DNA of 64,000 bases from Eledone cirrhosa. Lineage: Eukaryota. Position numbers and translations under genes: made by a program. The notes beneath the pieces were generated by a model that had not been told where the DNA came from, did not search any database, and worked only from the letters and a program-made list of their open reading frames with translations. This document shows, piece after piece, positions 50,770 to 64,000 of this stretch. Each line of letters starts with the position of its first letter. The stretch's first letter is position 1. Location of the stretch: the NCBI GenBank assembly GCA_964016885.1, contig OZ024745.1, forward strand, positions 79,360,001 to 79,424,000, in the 5' to 3' direction.

Positions 50770-52374
50770 TATACATATATGCATATATCATCATAATTAT
50801 CATCACATTTTGTCTCTTTTCCATTTTGGTATGAGTTTGATGGGTTGTCATGTTCCGCGACAAGATGGGTCAGATAACCATGCCATGCTCACAGATTCCC
50901 TATATGGGTGCCACAGGAAAGAGACAGTGATTGATATCAGATAAGTCTCATATAGAGGTGATGGTAAGTGGTCTCATAGAGGAAGATGGAAGAGAGAGAA
51001 TGATGTGTATATATTCAGATGTCATGGCTTGGGGTGATGGTGAGAGAAAGAAAGATATGTATACAGTAGAAACAATTATTATTATTGTTGTTGTTGATTT
51101 ACAGAGTAAGTCAGTTAACTAGAAGTATCATTTCAGTCATCCATTTGGTTGTTTATTTACAGAGTAATTTAATTAACTGAAAGTATCATTTCAGTCATCC
51201 ATTCGGGTGTTTTATTTAAAGAATTTGCAGGTTTACTCGTGATCCATCTCTGCCTCATTCGTTACTTAAAAATGAACCATGCCTCACATTTTTAACAGTA
51301 CTCATGATCGAGGTGAGATCTGCGAGACCCAAAAAAGCAGAAAGATGTAAACAAATGGCTGCAGATAATTATTGAGCGATATAATCCAAAAAATAAGATG
51401 GATTTTTTTTATCATTATTGAAGCTTTTAGTAATATTTTTATGTTTTATTGGACTGATAATTATAAATAATAATAATATTGATGAATTTCAACGTTTTAT
51501 TTTTTTCTAATATCTGGAGTCAAATTACTGGGAGTGGAATTACCAGGAGTCAAATTACCAGCTACCTGTGTATATGTATATATGTATATGTATCATCATC
51601 ATCATCATCATTTCATTTTACGTCCGCTTTTCCCTGCTTGCAAGGGTGGGACGGGAACTGATTCTGGCTTGATTTCTACAGCTGGATGCCCTTCCTAACA
51701 CCAACCTCATTTACAGTGAGTGCTGGGTGCTTTTTTGCCGTGGCACCTATCGAAGCGAATGTATGTATATATGTATGTGTCTATATATATATATATGTGA
51801 GTTAGCTCCAACATAACTGTGTATATGAAATACGTGAATTTGTATATCTGGTGATATATGGTATGTTTATAAATAAACATTTTGAAAGCCTACAGCTATG
51901 AATTTGGAAACTGATGCCATAGCGTCATCTAGCATGTTCTAACAGAAGCTAAGGACAGGTAACTAGGGATAATGATGTCATCATTTCTGACTCTGGTGGT
52001 CGTTAGCAAGCTATTACTCCTAACCCCACTTGCTGCTGGAACTTAACATAAATGAAAACATATAGTTTAGAAGCCTATCTACATGGGCTGATAAGCCTCA
52101 TTTGCGTACAGAGCTGTCAGCTGGCTTGGCCGGAAGATAAAATAATGGTGTTAGCTCTAACATAGCTGTGTATATGAAATATGTGAATTTGTATATATCA
52201 ACATTTGGATGTGAGTCTACATGTGAGAACATATCTGAGGAGCTTTCGATTCCAGAGTCAGGAACAAACATAATTAATTGCTCCTCGAGCTGATTGGCAC
52301 TGAAACATGTAATATGTGATTAAATATGTATATGATGCAACACGGATTCTTTGTTCCCTAATTGTTATTATATA

Positions 52375-52424
<50 letters not shown>

Positions 52425-53091
52425 ATCCAGTCCAAATAAATGAGATAATGAGATCAAGATTGTGTAGGTGTCACGAGAAAACCTGCCAGATAGTCCTATA
52501 TGAGCGAGATACGGTCACCCGACCAACCTTGCCTCAAATGGGACAACTCCTGTCTAACCCATGCTAGCATGGAAAATGGACTTTAAACGATGATGATGAT
52601 GATGCTATTGTTGCAAATTCCACCCCCTCCCCCTTACCACTAATTGATTTGACATGTGTCAATAACCCATTGATACCTACAATTTTTTAGCCAGGGCCTG
52701 AGAATAGTCAGTCACTCCCATTTAGAAGAAATGAACCCTTCAAGAGTGTGGGCATTCATATGTATGTATGTATGTATGTGTACATGAATTTGAATATGAA
52801 CCTTGACTTTTATCTGTGTCCTTGTACTATTGTGTATATATCTAAGAATAGTTTTTTCAAAGAATCCCTGTTCTTTAAAATCTCTTGGCCAATGACCTCC
52901 ACCTACCCCCAAAATTACCACCTTCTCCAACCACCAGAAAACATATAAATACAACAGTTTTACAAGGAGACTCATCTTTCCTGTTGATTTCTAGTCCTGT
53001 AGAAGCGATTTCTATATTAAACTTGATGTTTACACTCTACTAATGTATTGAGTACCTTACTAACTGTGGTTACACCCGATTATACCCGGGA

Positions 53092-53134
<43 letters not shown>

Positions 53135-53505
53135 TGATGATGATAATGATATATATATATATATATAAAAAAGGGTAAAGACCCCCTTCGGTCATGAATA
53201 ACCATGGGATTTGAACCTAGAAAGTTCCCCCCCGAGGCACAAATCCGGGCAAGGTTGTTTGTGGAAGACCAGCAGTTGCCTATGCATACCAGCTTCCCCT
53301 CTCCATGCCCCTCTCCATGTTGTCCAAGGGAAAGGCAAAGGCCGATACAGCTTGGCACTAGTCACATTGCAACTCATTTCTACAGCTGAGTGAACTGGAG
53401 CAACGTGAAATAAAGTGTTTTGCTTAAGAACAAAACGCAAAGCCCGGTCTGAGAATCAAACTCACAACCTCACAATTGTAAGCCTGACACTCTAACCACT
53501 TATAC

Positions 53506-53536
<31 letters not shown>

Positions 53537-54084
53537 AAATACATACGTATAGGCAATACGTAAAGTATAGGCATGAAATGTGATGATGATGATGACATAA
53601 TGTTTTTGAGTTTTTCTAATTATCTTTTTAATGGCATTACCACAATATAGACAGAAAGTTTTGTCCACAGATATGCTCTGAAAGCCAAATTGATCTTCTT
53701 TATTTCAAATTTCACCTTTCAGAGCAGCTCATATTTCAGTTTTCATCTCAAGTGGAATGTCACCAGCTTTTCAAGTTTTTACGTCCTTATAATCAATGTC
53801 TGTTTCCTCTCTATCTGTCTGTCAGTCTCCCCCTCCTCTCTCAGCCACCTCTCTCTCTATATATATATACATATATATATATTTGTGCTTTGTTGTATTA
53901 TCTAGGGAGGTTAATGGTTGCTAATATATTAGTAAAAAAGAAAAAAAAAATGAAACTGGGACTTTTCAATTTATTCAGTGTATGAAGTTACACTGTTAAC
54001 CTTTTGACCTTATTCACTAATTTTAGGAAATATATTTTTTCCACAATATTCTGTGGCTAGTTATCTGTGTGTGTGTGTGTGTGC

Positions 54085-54450
54085 GTGGCGCCATTTTGTT
54101 AGGATGAATGATGAAAGACTGCTGAAAATTCTCACTTATGGCCGACTTCAGGCAGAAGTGTGTAATGTAGGAAAATCTCTTTTTAGATACAAGGATAAGC
54201 TGAAAGATGATATCAAACAAATTGGAATACATGCATCAGCATTTGAGTAATCTGTTGCTGACTGTAATATGTGGAGGAAAATATGTTGAAGAGGCATCAG
54301 GAGCCATATCAATACAAGGATTGAGTACCTAAGTGATCTAATGAAGGTCAAAAGAATGCAGTTTCTTTTCAACATTTTGTGTGTGAAGGATGCGGTCTGG
54401 TTTGCAAAAGCAGAGCAGGTTTAGTGTCTCACAGAAGACACAAACACTAA
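54085..54450 (+). mobile_element. RTE (BovB-like) 3' fragment
   Basis: HFVRMNDERLLKILTYG.L...RYKDKLK; C-terminal C2H2 remnant. Confidence 0.65.
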
Positions 54451-54629
54451 AATGTGGAGTGTTAAAGTAAAATATTTTGGCCCTCATGCATCAAAAACCA
54501 CAAGAGAGTCCATCATTTATATATACACCCACATGACTATGTTCAAGTATGACCTTTTTTATTAAGGAATTTTTATATTTCTTTATTACTACTCCTATTC
54601 ACCTGTCATATTGGATCAAAGCTTATACA

Positions 54630-55142
54630 CACAAAACTGTCATGCCAATGTGATGAGAAGTGGAGTAGATCTGAAGTGCCAATTCTGCAATGATGAGATT
54701 GAAACAGTGGACCACGTAATCTGTGAATGTAAAGTTTTAGCACCTGTAGAGTATAAATCAAGACATGACAGAGTTGGCTAATATCCACACTGGTTAATAT
54801 GTTGGCATTATGAAATCAAAACTTCTGACAAGAGATATAAACATCACCCTAAAGCTGTAACTGAGGGAGAAAAATGTAATGATTCTTTGGGACTTTCCTG
54901 TACATGTAGGCAGAACCATCAAAGCTAATAGACTCAGCAAATATAAAGATTTGCTGATTGAAATTTAAAAAATGTGGTATCTAAAGGAGGTGACAATACC
55001 AGTGATTGTAGGAGCACTAGGGATGATAAAAAAGAAACAAAATTATTTTGGAATGAGCCCTGGCTTACTATCACTGCAAGAAATACAAAAAATTGTTTTA
55101 ACTGGCATGGTACACATATTGAGAAGAGCACTATCACTGTGA
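54630..55142 (+). mobile_element. R4/Dong-like non-LTR element C-terminal (CCHC + RLE) remnant
   Basis: CQFCNDEIETVDHVICEC..LA..EYKSRHDRV, ILWDF, IKANR, IPVIVGALG, EIQKIVLTG. Confidence 0.7.
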
Positions 55143-57496
55143 GAATGATAATCCTCTATGTAGTTTTTTTGTTTCCATAACTTTATTTGTTTATATTCCA
55201 TAATTATGTAAGTTGTAAGTAATCAACACATTATCATTCTGTTGTAAATGTGATTTTAAACAGATAAAACAGATAACATGCATAAAGCAAATGATATACT
55301 TGGAACTGTAAAGTGTGTGACATGAACAATCTGGTGTGTTTATTTTTGAGACTTACCAATGTAGGTAGTGAGTTTCACTGCCCTAGCTGTTGGGAAGACA
55401 CTCGGAAAGAAATGGAAACAAAACTGAAAGAAGAGGAAAAACACAAATAATAATAATGATGATGATGATTTCCAGCCATAGTACAAGGCAACATTTGGAG
55501 GATAGTAGATTTGATGAAGTCAGCCCACTATTTGACTGATACTTATTTATCAAGCCAAGAAGAATAAAAATCAAAAGTGACCTCAGCAGAAATTGTACTC
55601 AGAATGTAACAGCAGCTTGTAACTTGACATATATTCTGACTCTCTTGTTGTTTCTATCAATTCACAGGATTTGAACCAAGAATGTCAAGGAACATAACTA
55701 AATATGGCAAAGTGCTTCTATTTTCTGGCATTCTCCCAATTCTGCCATTCAAAAAATTAATCTTTTTTTTTCTGACTGGAATATCTGAATGTAAACAATA
55801 GACAGGCACTAAAAAGTTGCCTTCTCCAAAGCAACTTTTTGAAAAATAGATTTTGAAAAAAATCAAACAAAACAACATAAGATTGTTTGTGATGTTTAAA
55901 ACATATTTTTATCTTGGTGAAATGAATCCTTGTTATTTTCAACTTTGAATAAACAAACAAGTGGCATTGGAAACATTCCTGAGCTACTGATATTTAGATT
56001 TGATTTAGTTTATGAATTGGCTGCTTTGGAATTTAGTCTCTTGTGTTGTTCAATCTTATATTCTCTTTGTGTGTATTGGCTAACCACCCACCAGTAAATC
56101 TATTTCCTATCTATTCTTTCAGTCTTTCAATTGTTTTCCTAATTTACCTTTCCAGCTCTTTCTTCCTCTTGTTTGGTTTTTCTCATTTCTAATTTAATGT
56201 CTCCTTTTTTATTATGAAAGTGTATGGGGGGGGGGGGGGGGGGGGGGGCAGTATCAGCAGAGCTTCTGACAAAATGCTTTGTGTTCTTTGGTTACAACTT
56301 TCTACATTCTGAGTTATGATCCTGTTGAGGACAACTTTGTCTTTCATTCTTCTAGTGTTGATAAAATAAAGTACCAGTTAAGTACTGGTGTCGATATAAT
56401 CAACTTTCTCCTTACCTCAAATTGCTGGCCTCGTGCCAGTGTTACAAAGAATTATGACTGTATTTTCACAATTATTCAGAAATTTTATTCTTTTTCATCA
56501 TCTCTCTGTCTGTCTCTGTTTGATTTCTTTTCTTCTTTCTTTCTAATTTGTACTTCAATGTTTTTCTTTTCTCCTTTAGTCTTTCTATTGCCCAATTTTA
56601 ATGTCAATCTCTTTTTCATTATGAAAGCATTATGATCAGGGCTGGCACTACCTTTAGTCAAAACAAGGCAGCCACCTAAGGTAGAGGCTTCAAAAGGATG
56701 CTTTAATGAACCTTAACATTTAAACTGGCTGTATCCGGCTAGAATTCTCTCACCTCTTTCTGTTTAAACCAGCTGTAACTGGCCTCGCATACTGATGTTA
56801 AGGTATTGTTCTCAAATTAAATAATATCAAAACCTCATAGCTTCAATATTATGTGAGATAATTATGTAAGATAAAGCCTTTACCATGAAAATACAATAGT
56901 AAATTTAGAGTAATGTAAATGCTAAAGGGTTAAAGGACCACAGTTTTATTCAAAATTGCATAATTAAATTAAATATAAAATAATTTCTTGTCATCAAAAG
57001 ATAAATCACTGAGCAACTGTGCCATGTGGCAGCATTGTGGAAATATCCAAAGCAGTTGAGATTGTTGCATGATGTTATGACTTGTAATCCTATTGTTGTA
57101 AATATGTAGATCGTAATATTTAAACAAGATATTTTGAAGTTGTTCCTTAAACTGATCTGTTCTCTCAATTGTTTATAAGCATAAAATGTTATTGTATAGA
57201 GCAATTTATTGTGTAAATGTGTAGATTGTATATATGAATTTATGTATTTTGAGTTTTGTTTTCATGAGTTTGCAAGTGTAAAATTTTATTGTGCAGATTG
57301 TAATCGAAAATTCTATTGTGTAGAGCACTCTGAATGTCATTTCCCACCCTTCCACCCCACCGGCAAAAGACAATGACTGGGTGGGTGGGTGTTGCCATTC
57401 TACTGAAAAAAAGCCACACTCCACCCTTCACCCACTATAGGGAATACTGCATCAGAGACATCAGAGACACATGAGTAGTCTAAGTCGGTTACAATG

Positions 57497-57910
57497 AACC
57501 TAGTGACTGGTGGTGATTACACCTAGTGGGCTGGTGCTGGCTACACCTAGTGGCTGGTGGTGGCTCCAGCTGGTACAGATGGTGGTGGTGGTGGTGGTGA
57601 CTACACCCAATGACTGGTGGTGGCTCTAGCTGGTACTAGTGGAGGTGGTGACTATACCTAGTGACTGGTGGGGGCTCCAGCTGATACCAGTATCGGTGGT
57701 GGAGGTGGCTCCAGATGGTACTGGTGGTGGTGGCTCCAGCTGATAGTGGTGGTGGTGGTGGCTCCAGCTGGTACTGGTGGTGGTAATGGTGGTGATGGTG
57801 GTGGTGACAACACCTAGTGACTGGTTGTTATTCTAGCTGGTATTGGTGGTAGTGGCGGCAACAACTAGTGAATGGTTGTGGCCCTAGCTGGTATTGGTGG
57901 TGACTACAAA
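57497..57910. repeat. Complex GT-rich minisatellite
   Basis: Interleaved ACACCTAGTGACTGG and GGCTCCAGCTGGTAC units separated by (GGT)n. Confidence 0.85.
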
Positions 57911-58194
57911 CATCTGAGTGACAAAACAATATAATACATGAAAGAACCATGCATGTGACCCCCTCCCCAATTATGACAAAACAGTCATGTAGTCCGCCTA
58001 CCCTTAAGCCCAGGAAAAAACAAAGACACTCATGCAACACCCTCTCCATCTAGTGCAGAATCTCAGATTTGTCACTAAAGATGATGTCAAACCCTTGCTA
58101 GCAGGGAAAGCGGATGTTAAAACAATGATGATAATGATGAATGAAAGGTTATTGTGGTGAAATTGTGGAGATGTTAGAGAGGAAACGAGTAGAT

Positions 58195-58545
58195 GTGTGC
58201 AAGAAGTATGGTGGAGGAATGTTTTGGCCAGATACATTACAGGCAGGGAACACTGGTACAAATTCTTCTGGGTGGGTAGCAATAACAGAGCAGGTGGAGT
58301 AGGTATACTGCTAGCTAAAATATGGGTGGACCAGATAATTGAAGTTGAAGTAGACAGTGTGTGTGATAGAATAATTAAACTGAAACTAGTCTTCAGCAAT
58401 ACAAGAGCTACTATATTATCTGTATATGTTCCACAAGCTGGACTTGCATATGAGCAGAAAAACCACTTTTAGGAAATGCTCCTGCTGACTACATCAATGA
58501 CAGATGACAGTAACCTCAGTATCGCAGCTGGCAACCTGAACGGAA
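58195..58545 (+). mobile_element. RTE-type LINE APE endonuclease fragment
   Basis: QEVWW, KFFWVG, GGVGIL, DRII.LKL, SVYVPQAG. Confidence 0.75.
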
Positions 58546-58546
58546 A

Positions 58547-58584
<38 letters not shown>

Positions 58585-58920
58585 GAATTATTGTTGGCAT
58601 TTTGCTTACATTAATTTTATTTTCATTTATATATATATATATATATATATAATAATAGAATTAGGATAATTGACAAAGAGAAGACAATGAATGAAAACAA
58701 GGAAGAAGGAAAAAAAATTTTAAAGGGGAAACATTAAAAAAGTTTTTTTTTAAATAAAAAGACACATGAAAGACAAAGAACTCCAAAGTCTTCAGCCATC
58801 GAGATGGACTCAGGCAGTTTCAACCAATGATATTACTGGTCCACCCGGGGCCACAGCATCTGACAAACAACCCAAAGCGCTGTCCTTGGAGTCAAAGACA
58901 GGACAAAATAATAAATTACA

Positions 58921-58992
<72 letters not shown>

Positions 58993-59158
58993 TACATATA
59001 TGAGAGAGAGAGAGATAGAGAGAATGTGTGTGTATGTGTAATTGTGGATAAGATCTTGAAGATGAATGTGGGATTAGATATATTGAAATGCAGCATAGAA
59101 TATTGAAACATTGGGAATTTTGCACTTACTATTTTATCTTTATTTGTCTAATATAGGA

Positions 59159-59839
59159 ATGGAACTTGGATTTATTTACCAAGCCATGTACATGGTTCTT
59201 ACTCTCTTTATTGGGATGGTCATTGCACGGCTCTACCGAAGACATCGATACAAACATTACGAAGTACGAGTACGTGATGTGAGCAAAGGTCATCGCTGGA
59301 TGATGGTCAGCATGTTTACCAACCCAACCTACTGTGTAGTAAGCCAGGACAGAATTAGTGATGGTGCACAGTGTCATTCATGTAGCATCTGTGTTGATGA
59401 TGCCAACATGAAGGAAGCCAATCAGAAAATCCCTTGCAAGCCCCTTTCAGTAACAGGAATGTTCACGCCACACCACTGGGGGCATGGCAACTTGCCCTTG
59501 TCTAGTATCTGTTACATTTGTAGGAAACCTTGCATCAATCAGATGCAACTCTCTGACTATGTCTGCTGTTGGTGTCAGCGCTGTGTCCACAGTGAATGTT
59601 TGCAGAACTGTGAAAATGAATGTGATCTTGGTCCGTACAAATCAGTGATTGTACCCCCACACTGTGTAACCCTTAAGTGGGTTGGCCTGAAAGGTAGACA
59701 GCACCTTATTGTGGAATCAGTCAGGAAACCAAATATTGCAAATTGGAGTCCTCTTATTGTAATAGCTAACCTAAGGAGTTGTAACAATGATACAGAGAGT
59801 GCACTGCAAGCATTTCGTTCCTATCTGAATCCTGCACAG
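59159..59839 (+). CDS. DGKE: Diacylglycerol kinase epsilon-like, first coding exon (TM helix, two C1 domains, start of catalytic domain)
   Basis: N-terminal hydrophobic helix; H.W...F..PTYC; HHWGHGNLP..CCWCQRCVH..C; CDLG; WSPLIVIAN; LNPAQ|GTAAGA. Confidence 0.9.
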
Positions 59840-60089
59840 GTAAGAAAATCTCTCATTTATTCCTTTAATTTCTGATATTAGCTTCAGTACAATATATCTG
59901 TTTCACTCTGGCATGTAATTTGTTGATCTCTGCTTATGATCTCTATGGTTGAGTTACCTCTAGATATAAAGGGATACAACTTGATGTATTGTTTTACTCC
60001 AATATAGGCACACATATGTGTGTGCATATTTACTACCAGAATTAAACTAAAGCCAACTACGAACTCAAGCAAATGTAAACCATACACCT

Positions 60090-60545
60090 TCATCATCATC
60101 ACTCGTCGACTACTGTCGAGATGATGGATCTCACTCTCATGCCCCAGAATCCCCTGTTCCCCATCGCTGCCCCCAGGTCCTGTCTGCTGATTCCCGTATC
60201 CCTAGAGATAACGTCAGGGAATGACAGCTTCCTACTCCTAGTCAGGCTGGAGTCAGGGTTCCAGAGCAAGAGAGCGGATATGATTTCATTGCTGGCACAG
60301 TGACAGTGGCCAGCAAATTGAGCTCTCCGGGATTTTAGAAGGGCAGAGGCTCGAGGGAGTTTGCCATAGATTTTAGACAAGGTGGGATGTCGTTTCCAGG
60401 ATAGGTTTTGCACTCTCATTAAGCGGCGGGTATATGTGCCATCCAATCTCCTCTCAAGTTGTGATGTTAGTGTCCAAGTTTCGGATCCATAAAGTAATAT
60501 GGGCTTAATGGTTGCTTGGAATATTTCCAGTTTTAGCTTGTTGGT
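60090..60545 (-). mobile_element. LINE 3' end (RTE-group) in DGKE intron
   Basis: ILLYGSETWTLT..RLDGTY...QFAGHC; (GAT)n tail. Confidence 0.8.
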
Positions 60546-60910
60546 ATACACATTAATCGATCTCAAACCATTCAAAGAAGAGTTAAAATACATATGTCCT
60601 CCTACCGATGTCCCCACCTCCCAGTAAATCAACCACTGACCTACACCATTTGTTGGTATGTGGATGACAACAAATGTCATCAAGCTGCAGCCGTCATATT
60701 ACATTGTTTCTATATAATAAAAACCTGCAGTCAATTATATCTTGAAAATGTGATGCCAAGCTGAGCCAAGTTGCTGTTATTGATACCAACTTATCATGTG
60801 AAAGATCTTGTGACCAGATTTTATGGGTTATTTTTTTTCTTATGCTTTATTCCATTTATTTTATTTTTATTCATTTACCACCACCACTACTACTACTTTT
60901 ACTCTTGTAG

Positions 60911-61054
60911 GTCATTGATATTTGTGATATTACACCAGAGCCTGCACTTGAATGGTGTCACTTGTTGCCCAATGCCATTATCCGGGTGCTGATCTGTGGT
61001 GGGGATGGCACAATAGGATGGGTTCTCAATGCTATAGAAAGACTCAAACTGGAG
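60911..61054 (+). CDS. DGKE: DGKE-like coding exon 2
   Basis: CTTGTAG| VIDIC...RVLICGGDGTIGWVL...LE |GTAAGA; ATP-binding GGDGT motif. Confidence 0.93.
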
Positions 61055-62922
61055 GTAAGAACATCTGATATATTTCTTTATTCAACTTTACTATTATTAT
61101 TGACTAGTGACTGAAAGATTATGATCACAAATACAAATGGCTGAAATGGGGTTCCTCTGAAGGGTCTTTAGAGTATCATTACTTAATAGGTTGTGTAGCT
61201 TGGAGAACAGGTAGTTGCTCCAGGTTGAGCTGCTACTTCATTAGAGTGTCCGAAGAAATGGTATTTGTTTTGACTCTTTACATTCTGAGTTAAAATCCTG
61301 CCAAAGTCAACTTCTAGGGGGTCAATGAAATAAAAGTACCTGTTAAGCATTGAAACTGATATAATTGACTTTACCATCCCCACAAAATTGATATTATTAA
61401 CTTTCTCATACCCCTAAACTGATAAAATTGACTTTCCCATCCCCTAAAATTGCTGGCATTGTACCTAAATTTGAAATTATTATCACTTTCATCGGGGCAG
61501 TGGTTTGGCAGAATCGTTAGAGCTTTGGTACTAATGCTTTACAGTATTTATTCTAGTTTTCTACATTCAGATTTTGAATCTCGCCAGGGTTAGCTTTGCC
61601 TTTCCCTTTTCTGGAGTCAATAAAATAAATTACTAATCGAGGGGTGGTGGGGTGGTGGGTGATATAAAGACCTAGGCATTTTGAACTCAATGCCCTAACA
61701 ACTCACTGCTTTGTGTGCAGTGTGAATTAAGATATAAAAAGCAGTTGGGCATCATCAAAGATTTTGATCAATGTGTGCAGGAATAATGTCAATGAAGAAG
61801 CATATGAAAAGCAAAATGATTTCTAATCCTTGACACACTCCTAAGCCTAGCTGCCATGGCCCCGGTTTCATTATATAAACTAAGCAAAGGATAAATCTCA
61901 TCTTGGCTACATTGTCTGTTTGTTACAGATTATTGAGGACTCTTCTGCTGTGTCAAAGACATGACAATCTCCTTATTGCTGGTGTCATGAAAAAATGCAC
62001 CTAGTGCATTCTGTAGAGTGTGAGAACATATGTAAGAGAGATGTGGGTTTCCAGTCTATCTCAGAGGTCAGTAGCCCTAATTAAGTACTGATCTGGTCTG
62101 TGGTCTAATCCTTACTAGCTGGGAAAATGGATGTTAAATGAGATGATGTTTTTGTTTATCCCAAGTCAACTCTGATTGAGCAGATCTATGATCTGTATCA
62201 CAACTGTGATCATTTCACCTCTCCTTTTATTTTTTTAAAGACTGTGGTGTGTGATTCGAAGGAGATTTGACTGGCTGCTATTTGTAGCAAGCTAAGCACC
62301 CATGTAGAGACCCTTTCATTGGCTCATTTGTCATATCTCCAGATGATCTGGTATCTATTCTCCAGCTGCTGTGTGATTTGAAGCAATGTGGAATAAAGTG
62401 TTCTATCACAAAACAGCAAAACATAAAGTGGTTAGCACTACGAAAGGCATGAAGCTGTAAAAAAACCTGCTGAAACTGGAGACCTGACCTGAATACTTGC
62501 AAAATGGTGGACTCCACAAAAGGCCTTGCAGTGGTGTTAAACCAGGGTATGGGTTATATCTATCACCAAAGTGAACACCAGCATAAAAAGCTGGGACAAA
62601 TTCTGCAAAGCTTCTCATTCAATGTCTAACAATTCTGTCAATCCACCGCTGGGGCTGGTACTTTATTTTATCAACCTTGAAAGAATTAAATGCAAAGTTG
62701 ACTTATTAAATTCCCTTAGCAAAAAACATGAACCTACCCTTTTCTTATAAATATGCAACTTAGGGCCCAGATAAAAAGGAAAGCTTCCAATCTGGAGTCT
62801 GAATAACAATATTTCTATTTGTATTTAATCTCATTAAACACATTAGCTATTGTATGTTTTATAAATGTCTTAATACATTCACTTATTTTCCTTTTTAATT
62901 TTATAAATATTTATTTCTTCAG

Positions 62923-63068
62923 CCTCGGCCACATATATGTATGTTACCAATGGGCACCGGGAATGATTTGTCTCAGGTTTTAGGTTGGGGAGACATACCC
63001 ACTGATAATATAGAAGTCCCTAAGATTCTTGACAAGATAAATCAAGCTGCTCTTGTTGAGCTAGACAG
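62923..63068 (+). CDS. DGKE: DGKE-like coding exon 3 (gene continues beyond window)
   Basis: TTCTTCAG| PRPHICMLPMGTGNDLSQVLGWG...VELD(R) |GTTAGT. Confidence 0.93.
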
Positions 63069-63179
63069 GTTAGTAGAAGTATACTTGTGTTATCATCATC
63101 CCCATTTAATGTTCATTTTCTCTTCTAGTAAGGGTTGGCCATGTCACCATGGCCAACCAATTTTCCAATTTTCGCAGGT

Positions 63180-64000
63180 CCTTTGCACACAGTGCATAGG
63201 CCTTGCTACCATGCAACATTGTCGTTTGTATACATGCATTATACAATCTGCTCTTCGTTTTGAGAGGAAAACTTTTAGTAGCTAGCAGCCGTAGTAGCTC
63301 CTTGAACTTTTTCCATTCTGTTCTCAGTCTGGCTACTGTATTTTCGGAACACCTACATCCACTGCTGATTTGGTCACCCAGGTAGCAGAGGCTGTCTACT
63401 GCTTCTATGGAACCCTCCAAGAATTTGATAGGGCTTGTTTCCTGTGGGTGTTTGGTGTTTACTACTCCTGGGCAACGATCACATATAACACCTGCATTCT
63501 TTACTAACCTACCTGAAGATCCCACTACATCTCTTGTGTATTCATATTTTGCATTCGAGACAGAGGATGGTATTTCTACCTACACCTTTCCTGCACACTG
63601 AGCAAGACCATTTCCCTGAGGGAATCAAGGCCTCATTTTCCCTTCTACTTACTAGGACTGTAGTCTTTGTCAGGTTGACTTAAAGACCCTTTGATTCTAG
63701 GTCATGCTTCCATCTTTGGAATTTTTTCTCTAGTTCCACCATAGATTCAGCTATAAGTGTAAGATCATCAGCATACCGAAGTTCCCATGGGCATCCGGTC
63801 TTAAACTCCTCTGTTATAGCCTTCAGGACGATAATAAACAGGAGAGGGTTAAGAACAGAGCCCTGATGAACACCCACCTGCATGCTAAATTCATTATAGT
63901 CATTGTTAATCCTAACTTTGCTGGCTGCTCCTCTATACATGGCTTGTACAGTCTTCACAAGACACTCATCTACTCTTAGTTTTCTCGGAGCCCACTAGAT
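63180..64000 (-). mobile_element. RTE-type LINE RT fragment (runs off window)
   Basis: GVHQGSVLNP, YADDL, YLGDQISSG. Confidence 0.88.

Noticed and set aside
56704-56933. TTAA-ended piggyBac-like MITE
   Set aside because: Only the right end (AAATGCTAAAGGGTTAA) is clear; the left TIR is too degenerate to support the call.

Overview
AT-rich, repeat-dense animal genomic DNA. The SINE/LINE repertoire, (CAT)n-tailed RTE ends and (TA)n microsatellites suggest an octopod cephalopod (inference). Three host genes are supported: a 5-exon PMF1/Nnf1 (MIS12 kinetochore complex) gene on + (6699-17738), an ARL14EP-family gene with a single coding exon on - (29116-30003), and the first three coding exons of a diacylglycerol kinase epsilon-like gene on + (59159-63068, continuing past the window). 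The rest is decayed RTE, CR1, R4-, CRE- and Penelope-like retroelements, tRNA-derived SINEs, non-autonomous Helitrons, MITEs and gypsy remnants. The standout is a 1.86-kb CsRn1/Kabuki-type gypsy-derived unit (26823-28684). It is bounded by two different LTR-like termini, each a long palindrome and each followed inward by its own tRNA-Trp primer-binding site. No polypurine tract is visible, and one target-site duplication (GCAT) flanks the whole unit. All alignments and family calls were made by eye; no database searches were run.
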